Positions 1-11,938 of a DNA stretch of 64,000 nucleotides are shown here, one piece after another (position 1 is the first letter of the stretch; the number at the start of each line of letters is the position of its first letter). The notes under the pieces were generated by a model. The model had not been told where the DNA came from. It worked only from the letters and a program-made list of their open reading frames with translations, and did not search any database. The position numbers and the translations under genes are program-made. Where the stretch lies: assembly GCF_000315625.1 (NCBI RefSeq), contig NW_005434655.1:43899-107898 (forward strand), read 5' to 3'. This DNA is from Guillardia theta CCMP2712 (taxonomy: Eukaryota > Protista > Cryptophyta).

Positions 1-3000
1 TCCCCTCCGCTAGCGCGGTCGAGCCTTCCGGTCCGATCCAGTTGTCGCAGAGGGAGAGGAGGGAGAGCGACTGGTTTCTGCTCAGCATCGCTCCTAACGC
101 CGTTGCCCCGACGTCGCCGAGGTGGTTGCCGTCTAAGACAAGTCTCGTGAGCTTGTTGACCACATGCTCCTGCTGTAGGTGCGAGAGATCCGACGAGGCG
201 ATGCTCGACGGCTTGCTGTCCAGGATCAGCTCAAACTCCCCGTCCTTGCCTATCCTGCACTCTTCCACCGTCTTGCTGTCCTCCCATACGACAGAGCAGG
301 AGGACGATGCCTCATCAGCCCCGTGCTTGACCTCCATGACTTGCCCTCTGCTTCCCTTCGCTCCTCCGCTCCTCCTCACCATCTGACCCTCCCGCGCGTG
401 CACATGTGCGTTGACGAATCTCTTCAACTCCGCCACCTCCTCCTTGGAGGGGCTCCAGACCGACAGCAGCGCTATGGAGCTCTCAGAGCCGGGCGAGGAG
501 GAGGAGGAGAATGTTGAGGTCGCCCCCGAGTAGTCCCACATGACCTCCACTGCCTCCTCCTCCACCCTCGTGATCACTCCCGGTCCGCTCAACGTCTTGG
601 CCAGCAGCTGCTCCAGCTCCTCGCCCTCCTCTCTCACTATGACGGGCAGTCCCACCCTCGGCTCCACCTCCCGCCCGACCACCAACCTCGCGCCCTCACC
701 GCTCGAGCTGCGGGAGCGAAAGACCTGGTGCAGGCCCAGCACGAGCACGAAGAGCCCGTAGTTGTCGAGCTGCCCCCCAGCTCCGCAGAAGAATCGAGTC
801 CTCACTCGCACGTCCTCCTCCGTCAGGTCGATCCCGGTCTCCACCACCAGCTCGCACAGTCTTTCCAAGGGAACCGAGCCTCCGTTGACGCGCAGAGCTT
901 CTCGGAACGCTTCCTCCATTACCCCCTGCGCGTCTCCGACTTTGATGGCGCTCTTCATCAGCCGCCGCTGAGCCCGCAGGCTCAGCAACGTCTGAGCAGG
1001 AGCCTTCGACTCATCGAGCTCGTGAGTCCCCTCTCCCTCTTCCTCGAACCTGCTGAACGAGAAGCCCAGCACAAGCACAGCAGGCGTCGCTTCCTCCCCG
1101 TCCTTGGTCACTCTGACGGCACCGGGAAGGGACAAGGGCAACTCAGTCAGGCCGACCTCATACATCTCCCGTAGGAGCTCTAGCGGTAGCGAGGCGGCTG
1201 CGACAACAGCCTCCTCCTCCTTCATCTTTGCGGCATCGCGAACCACCAGGTCGATCTCTCCGCCATCCTCCTTGAGGGGGAAGCGGAAAGACTCGCCCCA
1301 CCAGAAGTCGCTCGTCTCCGAGATCCGCCCAGTCTCTAGCTCCAGCTCCACACCCAGCAGACTCACGAACAGCTTCCTGGGCTGCAGAGAGAACAGGTTG
1401 ATCGCCCGCCTGACCTCCAGCTGGAAGAAGCTTCCCCTGCCCTCGCAGTAGGAGAAGGAAAGCTCCACCTCGCTCCTCCTACCCTGCTGCTCGTTGGCGT
1501 CTGCTGTCGCCATCACGAGCTTCCCGTCCGCATCCTCCAGCTGGAACCAGTGAGAGACGCGCTTCTCCGAGAGCAGCTGGGCCAGGGAGATGGGAACTCT
1601 GACGACTCCCAGCAGGTCAGACTTGCTCAGCCAGTCCCAGTCGTACACCTCTACCACCAACGTCTGCTCCGACCAGACCCCGCGCGTCAGGTCCTCGAAC
1701 TCGAAGCTTTCCCGCCACTCCGGGCTCAACGTCTTGCGCTTGACCTGCGTCTTTTTCTTCTGTCCGTTGAGGTCCAGAGTCACGAAGGGGTCGGAGGAGC
1801 CCGAGAGGTCGGCAGCTGGGAGGTTCCTGGCTCGAACGACTTGTACCGTCAACTTGGAGGCCACAAAGTCCTCGGCCTCCCTCACGCCCTCGCGCTCGCC
1901 TCTCCTCCTCAGCTTCGATCGCGTGTAGTCAGCGAACGAGGGCCACTGGTCGACGGTGACCCCCACGCTGTTCTTGACCTTGAGGTAGAATCGCAGCAGG
2001 TCGAGGACGTGCTTGTCCTCCGACTGTTGCGCAAACTTGTACGCCGACATGCTCTTGCAGTTGGTCGCCATGGGGTCCGCGTCTCTGCCCAGCAGGTATC
2101 TCACCACGGCTCTTCGGCGATGCTTCGCCGCAACCATGAGGGGCGTGACTCCGTCGCGGCTGCTGAAGTCGACGGAGTGGCAGGAGCTGAGAAGCTGCTT
2201 CGCCACCTCTTCTTGCCCGTTGCGAATGGCCTCTAGGATCGCGTTCTTTCCCGTCACGCTCTCCCTCAGTATCTCCTGCCCGCACATCTTGCAGCTCAGA
2301 TGTACGTAGCCATGCACATCCTGCCCCTCCTGCCCCTCCTGCCCCTCCTGCCCCTCCTGCCCCTCCTGCTCTCCTCCTTCATCTCGCAGCGTGCACCAAG
2401 CCTGCACATCGGAGATGCCAGACAAGGGGAGGGAGGAGGAGGCAAGAAGAAAGCTTCGGTCCCGAGCGGCACAGACGACCTGCAAGGAGATGCAGCAGGG
2501 AAGCAGGTGGCGGATGCCCTCGCAGGAGACGATGAGGTTGGGGGACCCCTGCCGTTGCTCCTTCGTCACCTCGTACTCGCCCACCATGACTGACTTGACG
2601 AGCAGCCTCAGGAAGACGCGAGGCGCTTGACCCTGATCAGCGCTGACAGAACCTGCTTTCTCTCCCTCCCCTTCTCCTTTCCCTTGGTCTTCTCCTCCTT
2701 CGCTCTCTCCTTCGAGAAATGCTATCAGGTCAAACAAACTTCTGTGCAGGAACATTCGCGTCACTTTCACTTGTAGCGTTGGCTCTGCGAGGGTCATCTC
2801 TCGGATCAGGTACTCAACCACCTTGATCTTGCCTGACCGCACGGCCATGTCAAGAACCGAACTGTCATGCTTGTCTTGCACCGACATGTGTGCTCCCTGC
2901 TCTCTGAGGAACCTCACTGACAGCAACTTCCCAGCCATGGCAGCTCGGAGCAACGCTGTCCGCCTGTGCTCGTCTCTGTCTTCCATGCTGGCGCCAGACC

Positions 3001-4282
3001 GCAAGGCATACTTCATCACATCGAGAGCCTCGTGCTCCGCCGCGGTCATCAACAGAGTGTCGCCCTTGACCAGTATCGTCGCAGCAGACTCGCCGACATG
3101 CTGGAGGAAGGAGGTCACGACTGACACCTTGTCCTCTCTGATGGCTGACTGCAAGACATGGTGGCAGGGGCAGGGGAGGAGGAGCATCGCCGCATGTCGC
3201 AGAGACTCTCCTTCCATCTTGTTGCGGGACAGGTCGAGACATCGCAACTCACCGCAAGTGCTCAAGGCGACACTCAAGGCCTCCAGCCCTGCCTCCCCGA
3301 TGCTGTTGTCTTGGATGATCACCGCCGTTACTCGATCCGCGTGCGTCAACCCACCAGCGATGCAGCAGACGTCCTTGTCCTCCATCGAGTTCTCCCTCAG
3401 AGCCACGACCCTCACTCCCTGGACCAGCTCCCTCAGCTCTTCCGCGTTGACCTGCAAGCCGTTGGCAAGGAGGAAGGAGACGAGAGGGTCGGCCATCAGC
3501 TCCCGCAGACTTCCTTGAGCCGACTGCTTGTCGCAGACGGAGACGCACATGGAGTCTTGCTCAGACAGCAGCTCTCTCGGCAGCACTGCCAACATCGGAG
3601 ACTCGCGAAGCAGCAGAGTCCGCTGCCTCATCCCGTGCATCGCCGACGGCTCGATGGAGGAGGAGGCTGACAGCTGCACGTGCATCTTTCTTCTGATCGA
3701 GTCAAGCTTCTCTCGCGGTATCGCCACTCGTCCCTCCCCGATCTCACTCATCACCATCAACGTCTTTGCCGACAAGGTCCACGGGGGAAGCAGCGCAGCC
3801 TTCCGTCCGTCCTCTCCCTGCCTGCTTCCGGGTCGCACCCTCCTCCCATACCCCCAGAACTGAGCTTCTGCGCGCTCCTTGTGCTTCAGCGTCAGCTCGA
3901 ACTTGCTCATCGCCTTTTGGTCCTTGAGTGTCATGTGCAGCGTCTGCGGCAGCTCCAGGCTCTCCGGGCTCCTCCATTCCTCCCCGCTGCTCCATCCCTG
4001 CCCGTTCTGTCGTCCTGCTCGACTGGCGCCAGCAGAGCGAGGAAGAAAGTTCAAGGCCAACCTACGGGGCCCTCCATCTGCTGTTGACACTGCTCGCCGT
4101 AGCGTCCCTCCGAGATCTCTTGGTTCATTCCACCCAACGCGCTTCATGCTCTTCCTACTGCCGCCTGCTGATATCTTCATGATGCCTGACCTCTCCCCTC
4201 CTCCATCCTCGCGGGTCGGGGGATACATGTCCTCAAACATCGCAGAAAGGTCCCTCCCTCCCTCCTTGTCTCTACCTCGCAT
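1..4282 (-). CDS. Large intronless LRR / ankyrin / C2 / MIB-HERC2-like multidomain protein (3' end runs off the left edge of the window)
   Basis: Manual translation gives an open frame from ATG 4282 to position 2 (1,427 codons). It is missing from the ORF track because no stop lies in the window. Motifs: LRR (LRCLDLSRNKM), ankyrin (DEHRRTALLRAAMAG; RDGVTPLMVAAKH), C2 (VVRARNLPAADLSGSSDPFV...YDWDWLSKSDLLG), MIB/HERC2-like (GQVMEV...VVWEDSK...CRIGKDGEFEL), RI-type LRR (LVLDGNHLGDVGATALG). A small upstream exon is possible. Confidence 0.8.
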   Translation of the reverse strand, partial: MRGRDKEGGRDLSAMFEDMYPPTREDGGGERSGIMKISAGGSRKSMKRVGWNEPRDLGGTLRRAVSTADGGPRRLALNFLPRSAGASRAGRQNGQGWSSGEEWRSPESLELPQTLHMTLKDQKAMSKFELTLKHKERAEAQFWGYGRRVRPGSRQGEDGRKAALLPPWTLSAKTLMVMSEIGEGRVAIPREKLDSIRRKMHVQLSASSSIEPSAMHGMRQRTLLLRESPMLAVLPRELLSEQDSMCVSVCDKQSAQGSLRELMADPLVSFLLANGLQVNAEELRELVQGVRVVALRENSMEDKDVCCIAGGLTHADRVTAVIIQDNSIGEAGLEALSVALSTCGELRCLDLSRNKMEGESLRHAAMLLLPCPCHHVLQSAIREDKVSVVTSFLQHVGESAATILVKGDTLLMTAAEHEALDVMKYALRSGASMEDRDEHRRTALLRAAMAGKLLSVRFLREQGAHMSVQDKHDSSVLDMAVRSGKIKVVEYLIREMTLAEPTLQVKVTRMFLHRSLFDLIAFLEGESEGGEDQGKGEGEGEKAGSVSADQGQAPRVFLRLLVKSVMVGEYEVTKEQRQGSPNLIVSCEGIRHLLPCCISLQVVCAARDRSFLLASSSLPLSGISDVQAWCTLRDEGGEQEGQEGQEGQEGQEGQDVHGYVHLSCKMCGQEILRESVTGKNAILEAIRNGQEEVAKQLLSSCHSVDFSSRDGVTPLMVAAKHRRRAVVRYLLGRDADPMATNCKSMSAYKFAQQSEDKHVLDLLRFYLKVKNSVGVTVDQWPSFADYTRSKLRRRGEREGVREAEDFVASKLTVQVVRARNLPAADLSGSSDPFVTLDLNGQKKKTQVKRKTLSPEWRESFEFEDLTRGVWSEQTLVVEVYDWDWLSKSDLLGVVRVPISLAQLLSEKRVSHWFQLEDADGKLVMATADANEQQGRRSEVELSFSYCEGRGSFFQLEVRRAINLFSLQPRKLFVSLLGVELELETGRISETSDFWWGESFRFPLKEDGGEIDLVVRDAAKMKEEEAVVAAASLPLELLREMYEVGLTELPLSLPGAVRVTKDGEEATPAVLVLGFSFSRFEEEGEGTHELDESKAPAQTLLSLRAQRRLMKSAIKVGDAQGVMEEAFREALRVNGGSVPLERLCELVVETGIDLTEEDVRVRTRFFCGAGGQLDNYGLFVLVLGLHQVFRSRSSSGEGARLVVGREVEPRVGLPVIVREEGEELEQLLAKTLSGPGVITRVEEEAVEVMWDYSGATSTFSSSSSPGSESSIALLSVWSPSKEEVAELKRFVNAHVHAREGQMVRRSGGAKGSRGQVMEVKHGADEASSSCSVVWEDSKTVEECRIGKDGEFELILDSKPSSIASSDLSHLQQEHVVNKLTRLVLDGNHLGDVGATALGAMLSRNQSLSLLSLCDNWIGPEGSTALAEG

Positions 4283-4635
4283 CTCAGGTCTTGAGTTCCT
4301 CTTGCTTCAATACCTTCTGCCTATCCCCTGACTCCCCTCTCTGCTGCCACTCCTCCTCCTCCTCCTCCTCCTCCTCCTCCTCCTCCTCCTCCTCCTCCTC
4401 GCTCGCCTCCCACTCTCCCACTCATGTTCCTGCCATGCCCAAAGTGGCTACCGTTGGTCCTCATACAGCACAATGGTGGGCTACTGGCTGAGGCGAGCTT
4501 GGACTACTGCATGAAACCCTCACTGATAGGACTGAGCCTTTACTCTGAGATGACGTGAGTGCTGGGAAACGTGAAATCTGTTGGCCATGACTGTGTTGAG
4601 TCGGTTCAGTCAGGATCGAGTGAGTTTACTGACAC

Positions 4636-6625
4636 TTAGCGCATCATGCCTTGCATACGTTGGATGGAAGCTTCTTCATCCATGTTGATGCGAATCAACG
4701 AGTCGCTGACTTGAAGGTCATAGAGAATGGGAGGAAGGCAGAACTGGATCATCCCGTACTCTCCGTTCACCATCCAAGAGGGAGATGCCTTGCTCAGCCT
4801 TTCAGAAGCTTCGTCATCTACCCCGATGGCGAGCGGGGCTTTGCAGGTGCGGAGAGCCGTGACTGAGCAGGGGAAGTAGCTAATGATGTCTTGAAAGAGC
4901 TCGTTGGTGTTCCACGTCCGATCTCCCAACAACTTGCGGTACATCAAGTCGCCCTGAAGGAGCGTCAGCGACGCCTCTCGATCGCGCCTGACGTACCTTG
5001 CAGATGACGAGATCGACATCTGCCAGGGAGTCGCGAACATTCAGGGGCATCTCCCACATGGGCTTGGGGGAAGCTAGGAAGAAATTGAGGTCTCCGTCGC
5101 CCTGTAGGCGTATCCTGCCATCCTGAATGTACTGCAGCAAGTCCGCGGCAACCTGCGACACGCCTTACACGCCTCACTCTCTCACACGCCCGCATGATTG
5201 CCGACCTGTTGCTGGTTAGCATTGGAGCTCAGCCTGAGCGTCTCTATCGTGGCATGAACGTCTGCCACCGTGGCGTCGGAGACGAAGAAGGGATAGGGCT
5301 TCAGCTGCAGTACGACAGTGGAAGAGGGCTTCGAGGAGACCAGGTAGTGGGCAAGGGCCAAGTCAGACACGAGCTCCATTCCGGAGTTGTCGTTGAAGAT
5401 GTGAATGACAGGCACTTGCTTGCGGTCCAGTATGAGGAACGAGAGGCTCGAGTCGTCGACTATGAGCCTCGACTGCTCCACGTCGGAAATTCCCTTGGAC
5501 GACATGTCTTGCACGGTGAACAGGCTGCTGTCCCCCTGATTCCCCCACAGCGACATGTGCAGGAGCGACTTGAAGTCCTGGAACGACCACTTGCCCTTGG
5601 CCTGCATGCAAGTCTGCATCCTGACGTCTACCTGAGGCAGCGCCTGCTCCAGCGCCTCCTTCTTCTCCGCCGCGAACACGTCAAAGCCATATCCCTTGGT
5701 GCCCGGCTTGAAGTATCCCGTCGCTTCCAGCAGTCTGTGGTAGACGTATGTCTCGGAGACGTACCAGGGGAGCTCGTTCCTAGCAGGCGTCAGACCAGGC
5801 AGAGGAAGGAGGAGCAGACCAAGTGGCTCCGCGGGACAGGTACTTGCTGAGGTACTCGTTCCATTCCTCGAACCTCGGACAGTGAGTGAGAGGTGAGATC
5901 TGCTTGTTGCTTCGCATCTCGTCGGCTATCGCGCCTTGCATCCACCCGTCAGCATAGAGAACGAGGCAGGCAGGCATGGCAAGCATGGCAGGTTGGAAGG
6001 AGGGAGGGAGGACGTACTGATTGCTTCGAGGCACTCCTTAGGCAGAGAGTTCTCGTTGTATTTCACCGTTCTTCCGAGAATCTTGGTTGGAACTCGATCT
6101 GTCATCGTATCGCGTACGAACGGATCTGAAATATCCAGCGGGTACGGGAGCGAGATGTCTAAACTCCCTTCCGATCTGTCATCATTCACGAGACGGTCAG
6201 CGATGAGGATGGGTCATGGAGAGTTTTGAAAGTCATGGAAGCAGAACGAGAGGGGAAGGCAGAGAGCCTACCTTTCTACTGATCCTGCACATCCGGAGCC
6301 AGTCGGGAAGATAGACATCGACCCCTGTCCTGCTCCAGCCCTCTCTTTCACTTGTCGCTCTGCATGGCAAGGTGACTGCTGGAAAGTTGCAAGACACGAG
6401 AATCTTGCTGCACAACCACCTCCCATCCCACCACCTAGAAACCAAGTCTCAAGTCTCTCACGTACTTCTGCATGGCAAGGAGGAGGAGCGGGGGCGCAAC
6501 GATGAGATGTGGAAGGAGGAGGGACGGAGAACATGAGAGCTCGATGCTGGGAGGAACGCCATCGCCTCATCCGCCATCATCGCCCCCATCCCTACCATCG
6601 CCAACCATTTCCACATGTGAACCAT
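4636..6625 (-). CDS. ARMT1/DUF89-family damage-control phosphatase, multi-exon, with bipartite plastid-type leader
   Basis: Motifs across exons: FVRDTMTDRVP, LWGNQGD, DNSGMELVSD, KPYPFFVSD, KGDLMYRKLLGD, LRTCK. N-terminus reads MVHMWKWLAMVGMGAMMADEAMA-FLPASSSHVLRPSSF. Confidence 0.85.
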
Positions 6626-6937
6626 CTTCTTCTTGACTACCCTACCCCTGTGGATTTGCAGGAAATTTATAATAACCCACCCTTGGTAGAACTGAAATCT
6701 AGGCTAGGATACACCCCTTCAACACGAATAAACTACCACCCCACCTACCCTTCATAACAAAATTCTGGCCCTCATCCCCTGACACTCATCTCCCACATAC
6801 TACCTACTTGCCCTCATCCCCACACTTGCCCCTGCCCGCCTCAGTGGCTGCCCCTCATCCCTCCGCGTGCACCGGAAATAGAGCAATGTCCAGATAGCGA
6901 GCGCGGCGGCAGGCTGGAGGAGACAAGGGTGACGACG

Positions 6938-9040
6938 ATGTTGGAGAACGCCATGAAGAGCTGAGAGAGACAGAGAGAAGAAGAGGAAAGAGAGAGAAGG
7001 AAGGAAAAGAGGAGGAAGAGCATCAACAGCTAGCGCGCTCTGCCGATCGAATCGCTGTCCCTTCGTCGTATGGTTCTTGTAGGACTCTGAGGAGGCTAAG
7101 GACTCGAGCAGCTTGCTACAAGATGGGAGCATTGCGCATCGCGGCGACTCTGTTTCTGGGTGTTGCCCTTGTCATGGTCACTGTTCATCACTTGCAAAGT
7201 ACCGATCGACGGGCTGAGCTGGGATGGCGATCGGAGGTATGAGAAATGTGGCCATGTTGTATTTGTACTGAGGGGGAGCAGGTGACGCCGATGGAGGTTG
7301 ACCGCCAGGTGGCTATGGTGCCTTCTCAGGACGTGACGTTTGTCGTGCGCAACGCTGATCCGAGGGTTGCCGAGAGCATCGGCGAACTTTTCGACCAAGG
7401 ATATGTGAACGAAAGGGAGGCGCCGGAGTCTGTTTCATACGAGCTACCAGTCAGCTCGAACAGCGTAATCCTTCAAGAGCCTGTGACGCCGATCGCAGCA
7501 GAGCAAGAGACTCTCCTGCCTCCTGCCACTGCACCAGTGTCGGTACAGCAGCCCACCTTTGAAGTCTCCGGCGAGCTGGAGCCTGTTGGTTCTGTTGCTG
7601 TCCAAGATGGGGAGAGGAGGAGGAGTGCGGGGGGAGTGCAGCTAGGCGAGCATGCAGCCAAGGTGAAACTTGATGCTCTTGCGCGCATCATCGATCGGAG
7701 TGAGAAACTGTCGAAAAAGAACGAAGTGAAGGAGGAGGAGGAGGAGGAGGAGGAGAGCAGCGGAGGGCGGGAGAAAATGCAGCAGATGGTCGAAGAGAAC
7801 AAGAAATCCCTTAAGGATCTCAGCATTGCCATGGAGCGGCAGAAGCTTGTCAATGCAGGAGACTACAAGCTCCTCTACCTGAAACTTCAGCGGGTTCGGG
7901 AGGCTCTTCACGCTCTTCAGCTGTCCTCCACTTCTGCGACTTCGCAGCTGAAGCGGGAGCTGCTGCATGCTCAAGCTCTCATCTCGAGAGGAAAGTCGAT
8001 GCTCGTTCAGCGTCAGCAGCGTCAGCAGCCAGCGCGACAGCCTGCAGAGCCCCTGGCTGCTGACGTCACCCCCGAGTGCGCCAAGGCTCAAGTCTTCTGC
8101 TCTCCTCCTTCAGCCGCGCAGGAAGCCGCGAGGCGAGAGGGAGGCGGAGCGTGGAGGAGGCTGGGTGGCTTGAAAGCTGTCAGTGACGACGGGGGGGAGG
8201 AAGGATCGCGGGAGGAGAGGAGGGGGCAGGACCAAGATCCTGAGACCCTGTTCTCGGGGTATCACCTAGCAGGAGGTAGGCATCCGGGTCAAGACCTGAA
8301 CAAGGCAAGGGAGCAGTTCCTCCTTCACAGCATGAGGCCGTCGAGGAGGAGTCAAGACCCCCTGGCCCAGCGCAGGATCGCCATATCCCAGTCGCTGCTG
8401 CGAACAGCTGAGGGAGGAGCCGGGGAGTCGCAAGCAGAGAACGAGGGGCGACCGAGAAGGGGAGACGCTGGTTCCTTAGCACGGAACGTGGGAGGGTTAG
8501 GAGGAAGACGGGGAGAGGAGGGCAGGAGAGAGGGAGGAGGAGAAGCGGGGGGGGGAAGCAGAGGGCAGGAGAGCTGGAAGGTGGAGCGAGTCGGCAGGCA
8601 GTCGAGCAGCGAGAGGCTTTCAACGTGCAATGGCGGAGAAGAAAGAGGTGAGGAAGAGGACGAGGAGAAGAAAGACGAGCAAGGGGTCGCGGGAGCGATG
8701 AGGGAGAAGCGGGTTGGAAGGGGGACAACAAGCGAACTTGACCTGGAGGAGGAGGAGGAGGAGGAGGAGGAGGAGGAGGACGGAGTGAGCGAGTTGGTCT
8801 GACGAGCTGAGCAGGAGCCATACAAGTATGCCATGACAGGGCGAGTATTCGAGCACTTCATGCATAACCCGAACCCCCGCCAGCTCAGCACCAGCTGGGA
8901 TCAGCAGCGCAAGGGCGCGCGGCAGCACGCGGAGGTGAGAAGTGGGGGAGGAAAGAGCAGAGCTGAGGGATTATGCAGACACCGCGCGGGTACCTGGGGT
9001 CAGGCCGGAGCTTCGGATGAGAAGAGGAGGAGGAGGAGGA
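6938..9040 (+). CDS. Hypothetical membrane-anchored coiled-coil protein (ends uncertain)
   Basis: Hydrophobic segment (IAATLFLGVALVMVTV) at ~7135-7185, a GT intron donor after it, then the long ORF 7246-8802 with coiled-coil and acidic stretches. No family recognised. Confidence 0.5.
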
Positions 9041-9204
9041 GTCCACTAAGGTTAAGAGGAGGAGGAGGAGGAGGAAGAGTGCACTAAGGTTAAGAGGAGA
9101 AGGAGGAGGAGGAGGAGGAGGAAGACGGGTTCACGTTATGTGAGATGTTATAATGTAATGTGTCAAGATGAGTGTACCACTCCTCATCATCATCTTTTCC
9201 TCCT

Positions 9205-9813
9205 CTACATCTTCTGCTTCTCCGAAGATCCTGATCCCGGTCGACTTCCTCCCCTCGTCCCTGAGTTCGGCCTGCTGCCTCGCCGGAAGGAGGAGGAGGA
9301 GGTTGGGCGAGACTCTGACGGAGGGTTCGGTACCAGCAGCTCCCTCACTCTTCCTCCTCCGTCAGGCACTGAAGCATGTGACCTGAGACTGTCCTCCCTG
9401 CTCTCCTCCTCCCCCTCTGCCTCCTCCATCGCAGATAGGAGGAGCTCTCGGACCTGCTGCCTGCCTGCCATCCCTCGTGCTCGAGCTTGAATCTTCACCG
9501 CTGCTGCTGCTCTCCGCGCGTCCTCCTCCTCCTCTGCGTTGGAGCGGTGTGACGTCTCCTCCTCTCCTCCCCCCTCCTTCCCGTCCACTCCTTTTCCCTC
9601 CTCCTGCTGATCAGACAGAACTGATATGCTGGCGAGCAAACGACTTCCCTCCTCCTCCCCGACGCTCCTCCCTCCTCCCTCCTTCTCCTCCTCCATGTCC
9701 CCGTCAACGCTGAGCAGGAAGGTCGAGTCATAGTTGGCGCTGCCGTCGCCCTCGTTGGAGTCTGGACTGATGGCTCCGTCCCCCCGGTCAAGGAACTGAG
9801 CATCCTCCTCATC

Positions 9814-9849
<36 letters not shown>

Positions 9850-11898
9850 GTGGTCCTCCTCTTCCACAGGCTGCTTCTCTTCGTCCTGGGGACGAGAATT
9901 CGCAGCATCCTGCAGAACAACTTCCTCTACTCCATCCTCCAACTGTTCGCGCTCGTTCCTCAGTTGCTCCTCCTGGGCAGCTCGTGTCCTCTGCTGCTGC
10001 TGAACTGTGGGAGGGGGATCGGCAGGCCGGCTCGAGTCCTTGCGGAGGAAGGAGGAGGAAGAGACGCTGGACAGCTCGGAAAGGGGAGCATCCTCGTCGT
10101 CCAGCCCCAACGTCGCCATGCTCTGACGTGATGAAGCTCGAGAGCTCTGAAGGTCATGGAGGAAGCGACTGATCGCGCTCCTCCTCGCTTCTGGGAGCCT
10201 ATCGGAGATTGCGGCGAGGGCCTGCTCAGAGTTAGAGGAGGAAGAGAGGTGGGAATGGGGATGAGCAGGAGGAGGAAGAGGAGGAGGAGCAAGATGAGCA
10301 GGAGGAGCAAGACAAGCAGGAGGAGGAGGAGGAGGAGGAGCAGCAGCAGCAGCAGCCGCAGCCGCAGCACTGGCAGGAGCTGCAGGAAGAGGAGGAGCAG
10401 GAGGAAGAAGAGGAACCTTGCTATGCTGACGAGCTTTCTCCATCATGCTCTGGAGGGCCTCGAGCTTCTCTTGTTGTGTCATTTTCTCACCTCTGAGCGC
10501 CGTCAGCTTGTCAACTCGCATGTCCATCAGCTGGGCCATGAGCTGGTTGGTCATGCCCTGCAGCACCTCCTTCTCTGCTCGCAGCCGCGGGATCTGACAA
10601 GAACAGATGAGAAGAGAAGAAGAGGGAGGGAGAGAGGAGGGAGAGTGGTAGGAGAAAGAAGAAGGAAAGACGAGGAGAGGAGGAGGCGAGAATGAGGAGA
10701 GGAGCAGAGGAGCAGAGAAGCAGAGGAGGATAGAAGAGGGGGAGGAGATTCTAGCGTGTGAGGATGTGGGGCAGCAGGAAGACAAGCTGAGAATCACCTG
10801 CTCCTCCGCGTCCTCTTGTCTTCTCCTTCCCAGCATGATCTCTCTCTTGAGGTTCTCAACAACTTCCTCCTTCTCCCTCAGCCTCTCCTCCAGCTCCAAC
10901 ATCGACGCCCGCAACCTTGTCAGTTCCTTCTCCTTCTCCTTCATCCTCTGCCGCAGCTCTGCCCGCTCCTCCTCCCCGTCTTCCTTCTCTTCCAAACTTG
11001 CGATCCTCTTCTTCGCCTCGTTTAGCTTCCCCGTCAGGCTCTCTGTCGTCGACTTGTGCGAGTCGCTCGCCGCCTGCAGCTCCTGCACCTGCAGCTTCGC
11101 CTCCTCCACCTGCAGCTTGAGCTTCATCTCTCGCTCTCTCAGCTCCATCTCCCTGCCCGCCATCGTCAGTCCAACCTCCTCGTCCTCGTCCTCGTCCTCG
11201 TCGTGCTCCATATCCTTCTCCTCCTCCGCTCTCGCTCTCCCTCCTTCCCCCTTCCCCTCTCCTCCTCCTCCTCCTACCGCTTGTGCGCGGTCTCTCTCTC
11301 CGCATACATCTGATCCTTGAGCTCGTTCAACTGCTTTCCGCTCCTCGCCGCGTCCTCCTGCGCCTTTTTCACCTCCTCATAGAGCGTCTCCTGCTCCTTC
11401 CGGGCCAGCTCCTGTGCCTTGAATCTTGCCCGTGACGCCTCCGCCACTGACTCTGTGAGGGTAGTGATCTCCTGTTGCATCCTCTTCCCGTCCTCCTGAC
11501 TTCTCCTTGCAGCCTCCGCCTTCTCCTCCCTCACCCCTTCCAGCTGCTTTCTCAGGGTTGAGATCTCCTCCTGCAACGCCGACATCGCCTCCTCCTGCAG
11601 CATACAAGGTTATCCACATGCTTCCCTCCTCTTCCTCAGCTTCGCTCCCCCCTTCTGCTCCTCCCTTCCCTCTGCAGTCGTCTATCTTCTCCTGTCGACA
11701 TCTTCGTCGTCCTCCCTCCCCTCCTCCCTCCCCTCCTCCCTCAGCTCATTCTCACTTTGGCTAGGAGGCTGGCCTGCTGAGCATTGCTCATCGCTTCCAT
11801 CTTTGACTTGTTTGCATCCTCCAGCTGCTTTTCCGCCTGCATGAAAGTCAGAGGAGGATTGAGCTGGAAGAGGATGGGGAGGGGGAGGGGGGGGGGGA

Positions 11899-11938
<40 letters not shown>

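Noticed and set aside
42-4331. Many + strand ORFs of 70-230 aa
   Set aside because: Antisense shadows of the long minus-strand ORF; no motifs of their own.
9040-9100. Direct repeat CACTAAGGTTAAGAGGA (two copies)
   Set aside because: Local slippage duplication within (GGA)n; no element structure.
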